Part shown: piece by piece, positions 20,373 to 30,042 of the stretch | Layout: every line of letters starts with the position of its first letter | Numbering within the stretch: position 1 is the first letter of the stretch | NCBI GenBank assembly: GCA_963665195.1 | Contig: OY762070.1 | Span: 4,977,809-5,041,808 of the forward strand | Length of the DNA: 64,000 nt | Direction: 5' to 3' | DNA from: Pseudomonadales bacterium | GTDB taxonomy: Bacteria; Pseudomonadota; Gammaproteobacteria; Pseudomonadales; Azotimanducaceae | Notes under the pieces: model-generated | What the model saw: only the letters and a program-made list of their open reading frames with translations | Told to the model about the DNA's origin: nothing | Databases searched by the model: none | Translations under genes and position numbers: made by a program

Positions 20373-21737
20373 GTGGATGCGCTGCCGCTGACGCTCAAGC
20401 TCGCGGGCGAGCGCTGTGTCGTGATCGGCGGCGGGGCGGTGGCGCGGCGCAAGATCGAACTGCTGATCGCTGCCGGCGCCGCGCTTCGGGTAGTGGCGGC
20501 CCGGCCATCGGCCGCAGTGCGCGAACTTTGCTCCGAGCACGGCTGCGAACTGCTTGAACGCCGCTTCGAACCTCGGGATGTGGGCGGCGCGCTGCTGGTC
20601 GTCTCCGCCACGGACGATGCAGCGGCGAACGATGCGGTGGCCCGCGCCTGCCACCGTCGCGGCGTGCTGGTGAACTGCGTCGACGACGCGGAGCGTTCCA
20701 CGGCGATCTTCCCGGCCATCGTGGATCGCTCGCCGGTGACGGTGGCGATATCCACCGGCGGCGCTTCGCCGACCTTGGCCCGGCGCCTGCGGGAGCGCAT
20801 CGAGACCGTGCTGCCGAGCAGCCTCGGCGCCTTGGCCCGATTCCTCGCAGCGCACCGGCGGCAGGTCGCGGCGGCGCTGCCCGATGCCCGCGCCCGGCAG
20901 CTCTTCTGGGACCGCGCCTTGGACGGCGACGTGGCGGCGCTCTTCGCCAGCGGCGCGGCGGGCGAAGCCGAAGATGTGCTGCGGGACGCTCTCGCGGCAC
21001 CGACCCAGACGGGCTTCGTATCGCTGGTCGGCGCCGGACCGGGCGATCCGGACCTCCTCACGCTGAAGGCGCTGCGATGCCTGCAGCGCGCCGACATCGT
21101 CTACTACGACAATCTGGTGGGGCCGGGCGTCTTGGCACGCTGCCGCCGCGATGCCGAGCGCGTCTACGTCGGACGCCGAGCATGGCATCGGGGTACCGAG
21201 GCGGATGTCCGGCAGGCGGACATCAACGCTCGCCTGGTGGCCGACGCGACGCGCGGGCTGCGCGTCGTGCGCCTTAAGGGCGGCGATCCGCTGATCTTCA
21301 GCCGTGGCGGCGAAGAGGTGGGGGCGCTGGCTTCTGCGGGCGTGGCGTTCGAGGTGGTGCCCGGCGTGACCGCGGCGGCCGGTTGCGCTGCCATCGCCGG
21401 CATCCCGCTGACGCATCGCGACTGGGCCCAGTCGGTGCGCTTCGTCACCGGCCACCGCAAGGACGGCGTCCACAATCTCGACTGGCCGGAGCTCGCCCGC
21501 CCGGGGCAGACGCTGGTCGTCTACATGGGCCTCGGCGCGCTAGGCACGGTGACGCAGGAGCTCATCCGCCATGGCGCGGATCCGGCGACGCCGGCGGCGA
21601 CGGTGTCGCGCGGTTCGCTGCCGGAGCAGCGCGTGGTGAAAGGCACGCTGGCCGACCTGCCGGATCGAGTGGCGCAGGCGGGAATCGACGGCCCGGCGAC
21701 GACCATCGTCGGCCGCGTCGCCGCCTTGGGGCGCTAA
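20373..21737 (+). CDS. cysG: siroheme synthase (uroporphyrinogen-III methyltransferase / precorrin-2 dehydrogenase / ferrochelatase)
   Basis: N-terminal VVIGGGAVARRK Rossmann motif and C-terminal SAM-MTase (LVGAGPGDPDLLTLKA, LKGGDPLIF). GTG 20373 is preceded by GAAGG. Confidence 0.9.
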   Translation: MDALPLTLKLAGERCVVIGGGAVARRKIELLIAAGAALRVVAARPSAAVRELCSEHGCELLERRFEPRDVGGALLVVSATDDAAANDAVARACHRRGVLVNCVDDAERSTAIFPAIVDRSPVTVAISTGGASPTLARRLRERIETVLPSSLGALARFLAAHRRQVAAALPDARARQLFWDRALDGDVAALFASGAAGEAEDVLRDALAAPTQTGFVSLVGAGPGDPDLLTLKALRCLQRADIVYYDNLVGPGVLARCRRDAERVYVGRRAWHRGTEADVRQADINARLVADATRGLRVVRLKGGDPLIFSRGGEEVGALASAGVAFEVVPGVTAAAGCAAIAGIPLTHRDWAQSVRFVTGHRKDGVHNLDWPELARPGQTLVVYMGLGALGTVTQELIRHGADPATPAATVSRGSLPEQRVVKGTLADLPDRVAQAGIDGPATTIVGRVAALGR

Positions 21738-22777
21738 GCCGCGTCCGTGCTGTTCTGCATAGCGCCCCGGTCGAGGTGCTCGAACAGCTCGTCGCTGCTA
21801 GCGCAGTCGACGATCAGATCGCCGACTTGGTCGAGTCGCGCCGGGTCGATCACGCCGGCCAGCAAGGCGGCCAGTCGGTCGCCGACCGGCGTGCCGAACC
21901 GCCGCCCGGCCTGACGGCAGAGCAGGCTGCGTTCGCGCTCGATGCCCTCGGCCCTGCCGCGCTCCATGCCCTCGGCTCTGCCGCGCTCCACGCCCTCGGC
22001 CCTGCCGCGCTCCATGCCTTCCTGAAGCCACTCCTGCGTCCACTGTTTCGCCCGCTCCGCCAGCATTGCTTCCTCCTGTTCCAATCCCAGCCGCCGAACG
22101 TCCGCATCGGGGAAGCGGATCGGCAGCACCACCGCGTAGACCCAGTCCAGCAGCGCCCGTCGCAGGTCGACCTCGTCCTCGTCCATCCACCGGAAGGCGT
22201 TGCGAATCTCCTGCACCAGCGCCTGCGGGGATGGGCTGGTGTGGATGCGCACGAAGACTGTCACCCGGTTGCGTTCGGGCAGATCGTCCCGCCGCAGACT
22301 GCATACGTCAAGCACCAGGAAGCGCAGCCCCGCGGCGAACGCCACAAGCGGGTCGTGCGGCGGCAGCCGCCGAGCCATGTCGTTCGCGGCCGTCCAAGGC
22401 TTGGTGCCGACGTGGACCACCAACGGCAGCACCACGGGGTAGTGCCCTCCGGGGCCGCGCGCGGCCCCGGAAAGGGTCTCGTAGACGAGCCCCGTCTCGA
22501 CCATCATGCGGGAGGCCATGCGCGGCTTGTTCGTGGATTCGATCTCCGCGAGCAGCAGCACATGCGCGCCGTTCGGGCGGTCCGCGATCCACAACGCATC
22601 GCCGATGCGCTTGTCGCCGCCGCGGCTGATGAACTCCGTCGGGAGTTCTCGCAGCGTGCGCAGATCCAGGTCGCCGACGAGGTCTGCGGGCAGGAACCCT
22701 TCCACCAGATCCGCGACGAAGCGGCGGTCGCGAAACAGCCGCTTGCCGATGTGGTCCTTGTACTCGCGCGTCTTCAT
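21734..22777 (-). CDS. Rpn-family recombination-promoting nuclease / putative transposase (PD-(D/E)XK, YhgA-like)
   Basis: N-terminus KDHIGKRLF..FVADL, D..W.....HVLLLAEIES nuclease core, and a C-terminal helical tail with three ERGRAEG repeats. Confidence 0.8.
   Translation of the reverse strand: MKTREYKDHIGKRLFRDRRFVADLVEGFLPADLVGDLDLRTLRELPTEFISRGGDKRIGDALWIADRPNGAHVLLLAEIESTNKPRMASRMMVETGLVYETLSGAARGPGGHYPVVLPLVVHVGTKPWTAANDMARRLPPHDPLVAFAAGLRFLVLDVCSLRRDDLPERNRVTVFVRIHTSPSPQALVQEIRNAFRWMDEDEVDLRRALLDWVYAVVLPIRFPDADVRRLGLEQEEAMLAERAKQWTQEWLQEGMERGRAEGVERGRAEGMERGRAEGIERERSLLCRQAGRRFGTPVGDRLAALLAGVIDPARLDQVGDLIVDCASSDELFEHLDRGAMQNSTDAA
21944..22015. repeat. 24-bp x3 in-frame tandem repeat inside the Rpn-family gene
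   Basis: GCCCTCGGC(C/T)CTGCCGCGCTCCA(T/C) repeated at 21944, 21968 and 21992. Encodes (V/M/I)ERGRAEG. Confidence 0.95.
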
Positions 22778-22930
22778 GAAGCGATACGCTAGGACGCGCC
22801 GAGGCGCCGCGAAATGGCAGATCGCCCATGCCTTCTGCCCGAGATCCGCCCGACGTTTCCGGGCAATCGCCCAAGCCGGGGGTAGGAAACATCCCCCAGA
22901 TCCCGGCGCGGGCATTGTGGACCGGGTGCG

Positions 22931-23962
22931 CTACGTGAAAACGACCGTCGTCGCCCGGGCGACGAACCAATAGGCCGCCAGACAGCCGCTCAGATAGAGC
23001 GGCAGAAGGACGATGCGGCGCGGCGGCCGCGCCCGGCGCAGCGACGCCAGCAAGGCGACGGCGATGGCCACGGCGACGACGCCGAGTTGGCCGAGCTCGA
23101 CGCCGACGTTGAACAGAAACAACGCCGCGGGCACGTTTCCCGACGGCAGGCCGATGTCGGCGAGCGCCCCGGCGAAGCCGAAGCCGTGCAGGAGGCCGAA
23201 CGCGAACGCCACGAGCCAGGTGTGCTGGGCGGTGATGGAACGCTCAACGCCGCGCAGCTTCTCCACCGCGAGGAACAGGATCGACAGGGCGATGACCGCT
23301 TCCACCGGCGCCTGAGGCGCGCTCGCCAAGCCGAGCACGGCGAAGCTCAGGGTGATGCTGTGGGCCACGGTGAAGGCAGTGACCGTCTTCACCAAGGCGG
23401 CCGGACGCACGAGCAGCCGGCCTTCGGTGCGCTGCACCGGGGACGTGAAGTACATCAGGCACAGCACGAACAGGATGTGATCGAAGCCGAACAGCAGGTG
23501 TTCGATGCCGAGGGCGAGGTAGCCGAACACCGCGGTGCCGCCGGCGCCAAGCGTCGCCGACGGGCTGTCCGGCTTGAGCAGTGTCGCCAGCTGCGTGCCG
23601 TCCGCCAGCGTGGCGTGCAGCATGACGTCCGTGATGGTCGCCTCCAATCCTGCGATGGCGACGGTCTCGCCGCGCAGTCCCTCTGGGCAGCGGAGTTCGA
23701 GACGCTGCACCAGGGCACCGTCGAGCACGGTGTCGACGGTCGCCGCCTCGGCGCTGCACTGCTCCGGGAATACCGGCGCGATGGGCAGCAGGCGATTACC
23801 GACCAGCGGGCGCTTCCACAGCACGCGATACAGGCTCTCGGCATCGCCCGCCTCGCCGGCTGCGGCTTCGATCTGAAGGTAGGCGGGCCGCACCTCGTGG
23901 CCCAGTGCCGCGCAACCGAAGAGGACCGCCAGCGCCGCAGCCGTCCAGAGTCGCGCGGTCAC
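22931..23962 (-). CDS. HupE/UreJ-family membrane protein
   Basis: Signal peptide then GHE, a periplasmic N-domain, and C-terminal TM bundle with GIEHLLFGFDHILF and GLLHGFGFAG motifs. GTGA overlap with the upstream gene. Confidence 0.85.
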   Translation of the reverse strand: MTARLWTAAALAVLFGCAALGHEVRPAYLQIEAAAGEAGDAESLYRVLWKRPLVGNRLLPIAPVFPEQCSAEAATVDTVLDGALVQRLELRCPEGLRGETVAIAGLEATITDVMLHATLADGTQLATLLKPDSPSATLGAGGTAVFGYLALGIEHLLFGFDHILFVLCLMYFTSPVQRTEGRLLVRPAALVKTVTAFTVAHSITLSFAVLGLASAPQAPVEAVIALSILFLAVEKLRGVERSITAQHTWLVAFAFGLLHGFGFAGALADIGLPSGNVPAALFLFNVGVELGQLGVVAVAIAVALLASLRRARPPRRIVLLPLYLSGCLAAYWFVARATTVVFT

Positions 23963-24765
23963 GGCCGGCTCACGGTGTACTGCGCCCGCAGTTCCTCGAA
24001 GTACCGGCGATTCGCCTCCGCGCGGCGGTCGGCGTCGAAGTCCGCCGCCACCCGTGCCGCCACCGACTCGTAGTCCGCGCCGAGAGCGGGCGTTCTCGAA
24101 TCGACGCACACCAGATGGGCGCCGTAGCCGGAAGCGACCGGCCCGCGCCATGCGCCATCGGCGGGCAGTTCGGCCAGCGCATCTGCGAACGCCGCGCCGA
24201 AGTCCCGCTCGATGCGCGGATCGCTCGCGTAGGCGTAGGTGCGGCCGAGCATGAACGGGTCGCCGGCCTTGCGCCAGCCGTCGGGGTCGAAGTCGACCAA
24301 GGCACTCTGCGCATCGCGGGCGGCATCGCCGCGCCGGTCGGCGCTGAAGAAGACGTGGCTGAAGCTGGTCACCGCCGGCGTCTCGTAGCGCTGCCGGTTG
24401 GCCTCGAAATGCGCCCTGAGCTCGGCATCCTCAGGCTTTGCCAGCGTCGCCACGTCGTCGGTGAGAAAGGCGAGCTTCTGCGCCAGCCGGCGGCGGATTA
24501 TCGTGTCTTCGCGATCGAGCCCGAGCCGCTTCGCTTCGCGCACCATGATCTCTTCGCGCACATGGTCGTCGATGAGGCTGTCCAGTTCGGCCGGCGTCGG
24601 CGCCCGGCCCGCCTGCGCCTCCCAGAGGGTCGCCAGGCGGTCGCTCGCGGCGCGCGTGACGACGATGCGGTAGTCGTCGTCTCCGCCGAGCCAGGCATCG
24701 GCGGCGAAGATCGCCGCGCCGATCAGCAGAAAGGCGAATAGCGGGTCGGTCAGCCAGCGGCGCAC
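23959..24765 (-). CDS. membrane-anchored PpiC/parvulin-type peptidyl-prolyl isomerase-like protein
   Basis: N-terminal TM (LFAFLLIGAAIFAA), chaperone-like helical region, and a rotamase-like C-part (GPVASGYGAHLV). GTG start lies 1 nt after the hipA stop. Confidence 0.7.
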   Translation of the reverse strand: MRRWLTDPLFAFLLIGAAIFAADAWLGGDDDYRIVVTRAASDRLATLWEAQAGRAPTPAELDSLIDDHVREEIMVREAKRLGLDREDTIIRRRLAQKLAFLTDDVATLAKPEDAELRAHFEANRQRYETPAVTSFSHVFFSADRRGDAARDAQSALVDFDPDGWRKAGDPFMLGRTYAYASDPRIERDFGAAFADALAELPADGAWRGPVASGYGAHLVCVDSRTPALGADYESVAARVAADFDADRRAEANRRYFEELRAQYTVSRP

Positions 24766-24766
24766 G

Positions 24767-26026
24767 CTAACGGCGGAATCCGCGCAGCAGCCTGTGCGCC
24801 GCGCGCGTTTCCTCGTGCTCGAATGCGGGTGCCAAGCGCTTGATTTGGGCACTCGACATGCCCGTCTCGCGGCAGCGGGCGGGCCATCGTTCCGAGATCG
24901 TCTCGACCATGCCCCGCAGCATAGCCGCAGCATCGTCTGCGGCGATACCGAAGAAGTCCGCGGCGTTGAGGGCTGCTTCGATCGAGGCCGCATTGCCGCT
25001 CAGTTCGCTGATGCCGGTCTCCAGGTGGCGATGCCGGTGCGGCTGCGGATTGATGTCGAACGCGGGCGACAGCGCCCAGCGTCCGCCGCCGACGTGCAGC
25101 AGGCCGTGGTTCTTCAGGTGGTCGTCGTTGTTGGAGACCAGGATGGTGAACAGGATGCGGCGGAAGAGCTCCGTCAGTTGCGCTCGGGCGTTCTCCGCAT
25201 GGGTCCGCAGCGCGTCCGCGATGTCCGTGTAGTAGGCCGCGTCTGCATGCTCGGCGCCGATGAACGTCTGCGCGGATACGTAGTGGATGCGGTCTCCATC
25301 CGTGCGGTCGAAGCGGCGGATCAGCGCCACGGGATGGGCCGTGCGGGCGAGTTCGATGCGCGCCGATGCGGCCGCGATGCCGACGTCGCGGGCCAGCGCC
25401 AGCGTCGCGACTTCGGCTCTTTCGACGGGCATCGCGTCGCGTTCGGAGGTGAACTTGGCGATGGTCAAGGTGCCGTCGCGGTCCAGGATGCTGGCTTTGG
25501 GCCGCGCACCTCCTAGCGAACCGGCGCTGCCGAGCAGGCGGGCTCGCGCGTCGGCGTCCAGCTCCGCCTCTTGGTCCGCGGCCCCGGCCAGGCGGCGAAG
25601 GTCGTCGATGCTGGCGAGGCGCGGCACCGGCGGATAGCTGCGGGCCAGCGGTCGCCCGTCCTCATCCAGATAGCGCAGAGCGCCTTGCCGGGCCGCGTCG
25701 TCCACGGCCAGGAGGTAGTCGAGTTCCGACAGCGCAGCCGAGTGCGCCTTGCGGATCAGGCCGCGCCCCCAAGAGTCCGGCGCGCCATCGGCCACCGCGC
25801 CCGGCAGCGCCGTACGGACGTTGCCGCGCGATGCGGCTTGGTAGAAGTGCGCCCCTGCGCGCGGCAGATCGGGGGCGATGGCGAAACCGTGCGGGCTGCC
25901 TTGCCACGCCGGGTCGTAGCGGAACATGCTGGTCTGCCGCGCGCCGTCGGTCTCGAAGATCAGTTCGCCCACCGGCTGCAACCGCTCGCCGAGCGCGACG
26001 CCGACGCGCCGGCTGGACTTGCTCAT
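24767..26026 (-). CDS. hipA: type II toxin HipA-family serine/threonine kinase
   Basis: 419 aa. SLGGARPKA, NNDDHLKNHG and AFDINP catalytic motifs. Confidence 0.9.
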   Translation of the reverse strand: MSKSSRRVGVALGERLQPVGELIFETDGARQTSMFRYDPAWQGSPHGFAIAPDLPRAGAHFYQAASRGNVRTALPGAVADGAPDSWGRGLIRKAHSAALSELDYLLAVDDAARQGALRYLDEDGRPLARSYPPVPRLASIDDLRRLAGAADQEAELDADARARLLGSAGSLGGARPKASILDRDGTLTIAKFTSERDAMPVERAEVATLALARDVGIAAASARIELARTAHPVALIRRFDRTDGDRIHYVSAQTFIGAEHADAAYYTDIADALRTHAENARAQLTELFRRILFTILVSNNDDHLKNHGLLHVGGGRWALSPAFDINPQPHRHRHLETGISELSGNAASIEAALNAADFFGIAADDAAAMLRGMVETISERWPARCRETGMSSAQIKRLAPAFEHEETRAAHRLLRGFRR

Positions 26027-26334
26027 GCCTTGCGGGCGCGGATGCGCTGCGGCAGACCGGCGACATCGAGCATGAGGCCGGTGTCGTCCTGGGAGACATC
26101 GAGCAGCTCGTCCATCCGGCGCAGTTCGCCTAGCGCCAGCAGGGCCATCGCCAGAGCGCCGATGGCAACGCCCGGTTCGCCGCGCTCAAGCCGCGCCAGC
26201 GTGCCCTGCGAGACGCCCATCCGCCCCGCGAAGTCCGCCACCGGCAGGCGCCGCTTCTTGCGGGCGATGCGGATGTCGCGGCCGAGGCTGCGCAGCGCCC
26301 TCTGCGCCGATGGGGGATAGGCCTTGCGTGTCAT
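26023..26334 (-). CDS. hipB: HipB-like XRE-family HTH antitoxin
   Basis: 103 aa. HTH LPVADFAGRMGVSQGTLARLERG. ATGA overlap with hipA. Confidence 0.85.
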   Translation of the reverse strand: MTRKAYPPSAQRALRSLGRDIRIARKKRRLPVADFAGRMGVSQGTLARLERGEPGVAIGALAMALLALGELRRMDELLDVSQDDTGLMLDVAGLPQRIRARKA

Positions 26335-26517
26335 AGCCCGCAATATATCACTGCATAAACCTGTGAAGCCACCCAATATCGCGATCAATAGCTGTCCTGA
26401 GCAGTGCGGGACCGAGGCCAGGCGAGCGCGAAACCGACCGCCACTGGGGCGTCGCGTGCAGTAGACTCCGCATTCCGCATCCGAACCAACCACATCCATC
26501 AGCGACAAGGAGAACCC

Positions 26518-26997
26518 ATGGCGATTCAGGAAGGCGACAGGCTGCCGGACGCAACGCTGCACATCATGGTCGACGGGCGCCCGTCGGCGGTGTCCACCGG
26601 CGAACTCTTCGCCGGCAAGAAGACGGTACTGTTCGCCGTGCCGGGCGCGTTCACCCCCACCTGCTCCGAGGCGCATCTGCCGGGCTTCGTGGCGAACGCG
26701 GACAAGATCAAGGCCAAGGGCGTCGACAGTATCGTCTGCGTCGCCGTCAACGACGCTTTCGTCATGGACGCCTGGGGCCGGGACGGCAACGCCGAGGAGC
26801 TCGTCATGGCCGGCGACGGCAACGGCGAGTTCGCCAAGGCTCTGGGGCTGGAGATGGACGGCACCGGCTTCGGCCTCGGCACGCGTTCGCAGCGCTACGC
26901 GATGGTCGTCGACGATGGCGTCGTAGCGACGCTCGCCGTGGAGGCGCCGGGCGCCTTCGAGGTGAGCCGCGCGGAAGCCATTCTGGAGGCGCTGTGA
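26518..26997 (+). CDS. peroxiredoxin (Prx5-type, AhpC/TSA superfamily)
   Basis: VLFAVPGAFTPTCS peroxidatic-Cys motif. AAGGAGA Shine-Dalgarno 5 nt upstream. Confidence 0.9.
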   Translation: MAIQEGDRLPDATLHIMVDGRPSAVSTGELFAGKKTVLFAVPGAFTPTCSEAHLPGFVANADKIKAKGVDSIVCVAVNDAFVMDAWGRDGNAEELVMAGDGNGEFAKALGLEMDGTGFGLGTRSQRYAMVVDDGVVATLAVEAPGAFEVSRAEAILEAL

Positions 26998-27593
26998 GCC
27001 TGACCATCTACGGCCCGGCGCAGAGCCGCGCCATGCGGGCGCTGTGGATGGCGCACGAACTCGGCCTCGACTTCGCGCACGAACCGGGTCTCAGCATGGA
27101 ATCCGGCGCCAGCGACGCGCTCTTGGCGGCGAATCCCATGGGCCAGGTGCCGGCCATCGACGACGACGGCTTCCAGCTCGCCGAGTCCATGGCCATCAAC
27201 ATCTACTTGGCGAAGAAGCACGGCAAGCTCGCGCCGGCGACGCTCGAAGAGGAGGCGCAGACCCTGCGCTGGAGCTTCTGGGCGATGACCGCGGTGGAGA
27301 AGACGCTGCTCGATGTGCTCGCCAAGGTGCTTGGCCTCTTCGGCGAGGAGAAGGACCCGGAGGGCGCAGCCGCCGGCACCGCCGCGCTCGAACGCCCGTT
27401 AGGGGTGCTGAACGCGGCGCTCGAAGGCCGCGACTACCTGCTCGGCGACTCGTTCACGGTTGCGGACCTCAATGTCGCCGGCGTGCTCAGCTGGGCGGTT
27501 CCGGCGGGCATCGGCTTGGAGGACCAGCCGAATCTCGCGGCGTGGCTCACGCGCTGCCTCAGCCGCGATGCGGCGAAGAAGGCCCGCGGCTGA
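26994..27593 (+). CDS. glutathione S-transferase
   Basis: 199 aa. Thioredoxin-like N-domain (NPMGQVPAIDDDGF.LAES.AI..YL) and helical C-domain. GTGA overlap with the peroxiredoxin gene. Confidence 0.88.
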   Translation: MSLTIYGPAQSRAMRALWMAHELGLDFAHEPGLSMESGASDALLAANPMGQVPAIDDDGFQLAESMAINIYLAKKHGKLAPATLEEEAQTLRWSFWAMTAVEKTLLDVLAKVLGLFGEEKDPEGAAAGTAALERPLGVLNAALEGRDYLLGDSFTVADLNVAGVLSWAVPAGIGLEDQPNLAAWLTRCLSRDAAKKARG

Positions 27594-27647
27594 CATGCCG
27601 TAGCTCGAACGCATCGCGTTCGCGTCACGGTCGACCGGAACTCGGCA

Positions 27648-28571
27648 GTGCGCCGCGGCGAGTTCGGAGGGATGTTCGCCGTGGCTGTGGTGCTCGCGGC
27701 TTCGGCGGCGGCCTTGGAGAACGATCCCTACACGGGTCGCCCGGTCGACCTCGCGGACAGTCTGGCCCTGCTGGACGGCCGCGTGAATGCGGTGCTCGAC
27801 GATGTTGCGGCGTCGTGGGATGCCGAGCCCGACGAATGGGCTTTCGTCGATGCCGTCTACCAGCGCGTCGGCAGCGCCCACTGGGTCGACAAACTGGAAC
27901 GCTGGGCGATGCACTCGCCGGCACTGGAGCGCCTTGCCGTGCCGCTCGACGAGACGATGTTCGGCGCCTTCCCGCTGGCCGCGGCGCGGCTGTCCAAGCT
28001 GGTGCCGCCGGCGCCCCTGATTCGCGTCCACGGGGTGCTGCTCGGCACGGACAAGATCGGCCACTTCATCTCCCAGGGGCGCAAGTACTATCGGCGCCAC
28101 CGCACTTGGCGACGGGGCGACATGACAACGTATGGCGCCGCGGCAGCCGAGTCCGTGTTCTTCGGCGGGATGCTGGCAGGCATCTACTCGAACGCGGACA
28201 TGGTTGCCAACTACGAGGGTTTTCGCTTCTACCGCAGCCTCTTCCATGGCGGCGCGGTGGCAGGCCGGACGGCGATCTTCCGCTGGCAGAGCGGGCGCCC
28301 CGTCCGGCAGCGTGCGTTCTCGTGGGCCGATCATGTCAACCCGCTCTGGGACGAGGCGCTCAACCCGAGCGTCTACGCCGCGCCGCTGCTGCCGGTGGTG
28401 GAGCAGCGCCTGCTCCGCCTCTGCGACGACTTCCACCGCCGCCCGGAGCGCTATCGGGTCGACTACGAGGCGCTGCTGCCGCGCTACGGCGACGCTGGCA
28501 TTCGCTTCAACGAGGCGCTGGTGCCGAGCGCCTTCCTCGCCGAGCGTTGTCCGACGACGGGAGCGGAATAG
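27648..28571 (+). CDS. exported hypothetical protein
   Basis: 307-aa ORF with a signal-like N-terminus (MFAVAVVLAASAAA). No family recognised. Confidence 0.55.
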   Translation: MRRGEFGGMFAVAVVLAASAAALENDPYTGRPVDLADSLALLDGRVNAVLDDVAASWDAEPDEWAFVDAVYQRVGSAHWVDKLERWAMHSPALERLAVPLDETMFGAFPLAAARLSKLVPPAPLIRVHGVLLGTDKIGHFISQGRKYYRRHRTWRRGDMTTYGAAAAESVFFGGMLAGIYSNADMVANYEGFRFYRSLFHGGAVAGRTAIFRWQSGRPVRQRAFSWADHVNPLWDEALNPSVYAAPLLPVVEQRLLRLCDDFHRRPERYRVDYEALLPRYGDAGIRFNEALVPSAFLAERCPTTGAE

Positions 28572-28671
28572 CCGCTTAGGAGGCTCTGGCCGCGCGCCTC
28601 AGCCGCTATGATGGTGGAGGACGGAGGCGGTGCCCTGCATTGGAGGAGGCGGAATGGCGGAAGGCGGAACG

Positions 28672-29055
28672 ATGCGCGTTGTGCGCGTCTACACGGGCGA
28701 CGATGGCGAGTCCCACTTCGAGGATGTGGACATCCCGCTCGGCGATGCGACCGTCGGCGGTCGCCTGTCGCGACTGATTCGGGGTCCGGGCGTCGTCTTC
28801 CGGCAAGTCGGCGGCGACTACGATTTGGACTTCCACGCCGCGCCGCGCCGCCAGTTCGTGGTGAATCTGCGTGGCAGCGTGGATATCGGCGTCGGCGACG
28901 GTTCCGTGCGGCGCCTGGAGTCCGGCGACATCCTGCTCGCGGAAGACACCCGCGGCCGCGGCCATCGCAGCAAGGCGGTGGACGGCGCGTCGCGCACCTG
29001 CCTCTTCATTCCCATCGACGACGACGAGACGCTGACGCCGCCAACGTCCGGCTGA
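28672..29055 (+). CDS. cupin-domain protein
   Basis: MRVVRVYTGDDGESHFEDV..DFHAAPRRQFVV..GDILLAEDT.G.GH matches a small cupin pattern. Start chosen at the ATG preceded by GGAAGG. Confidence 0.7.
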   Translation: MRVVRVYTGDDGESHFEDVDIPLGDATVGGRLSRLIRGPGVVFRQVGGDYDLDFHAAPRRQFVVNLRGSVDIGVGDGSVRRLESGDILLAEDTRGRGHRSKAVDGASRTCLFIPIDDDETLTPPTSG

Positions 29056-29085
29056 TGCTCGGTTCGGGGGCGGTCCCGAGGGCCG

Positions 29086-29826
29086 CTATGGCGAACCTGA
29101 AGCACCTTCCCGGAGGCGGCTGCCTTGCGCCATCGCCTGCTGCAGGGAGCGCAGCGGGCGCGACCACGGGTTCAACTCCCGGATGCGTTGCGGCAGGCTG
29201 GCAGCGGCGCGTTCTGCGGTAGCTCGGTCCGGATAGATGCGCAGCAGCAATACGTGCCAGAGCGCGCCGTTGCTCTCGATCGGGATGCGCGCCATGCCGG
29301 GGATGCCGAGCTCTTCGGCAACCTCATCGAGCCGCGCTCTGGACTGCATCGCCAGGAGCTGAAGCGCGTAGAAGTCGCCGGGCAGTTCTTCGAGCGACAC
29401 CGGGCTGCTGGGCCGATAGGCCAAGCGCTGGTACAGCGGCGCGTTCGCGAGGTCTGCGGCTGGCGCGGGGGGCGGTGGGGCGCCCGCTGGCAGCACAGGC
29501 GGTGCAGGAGCGGATGGCGTGGCAGCACGCGAGGCGGCGGGAGGCGGCCTAGCGATGCGAGCTGGCGGCTGCGCCGGCCGACGCGGGGCTGGGGTGGCAC
29601 GCGGCGCGGGCTGCGCCGCACGCGGCGCTGGCGGCACCGGCACGCGCTCGGGAGGGTTGGTCGCCAGTTCCGCATCCTGAACGCAGTTCCATTCGCTTGC
29701 GGTGCTCGGATCGCAGAACCAGTCGTCGTTCGGCGCAGAACCGGTGCCCGCCAGATCGACGGGCGCCTGGGTGCGGCAGGCGGCAAGCAGGGCAATCAGA
29801 ACCGCCATGCCGAGCCGTCCATCCAT
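29086..29826 (-). CDS. SPOR-domain lipoprotein with proline-rich linker
   Basis: Lipobox LIALLAAC, an Ala/Pro-rich low-complexity region, and a C-terminal SPOR-like domain (FYALQLLAM......WHVLLLRIYPDRATAERAA). Confidence 0.78.
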   Translation of the reverse strand: MDGRLGMAVLIALLAACRTQAPVDLAGTGSAPNDDWFCDPSTASEWNCVQDAELATNPPERVPVPPAPRAAQPAPRATPAPRRPAQPPARIARPPPAASRAATPSAPAPPVLPAGAPPPPAPAADLANAPLYQRLAYRPSSPVSLEELPGDFYALQLLAMQSRARLDEVAEELGIPGMARIPIESNGALWHVLLLRIYPDRATAERAAASLPQRIRELNPWSRPLRSLQQAMAQGSRLREGASGSP

Positions 29827-30042
29827 CGCGCCGGCCACGCTCGAAACAAGCGCGTTCGAGCGCACTGCTCCCTGCGGCGTTCGTTCCATGCGTTGGACTT
29901 TGCCGCCTCGCCCAAGCGCTGTCAAAGCCTCGGCGTCCGCCGGGCGCCGCGCTGCGGCCCTTCGGGCGATGCGCCGCAATCGGCGTTGAATCGAGGCGGC
30001 GTATTGGCCATCATTGACCGCTGTTGCCCGTCGGGAACCGAC

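Noticed and set aside
27614-27628. Hairpin GAACGC-ATC-GCGTTC after the GST gene as a terminator
   Set aside because: The stem is short (6 bp) and there is no following T-run, so the evidence for an intrinsic terminator is insufficient.
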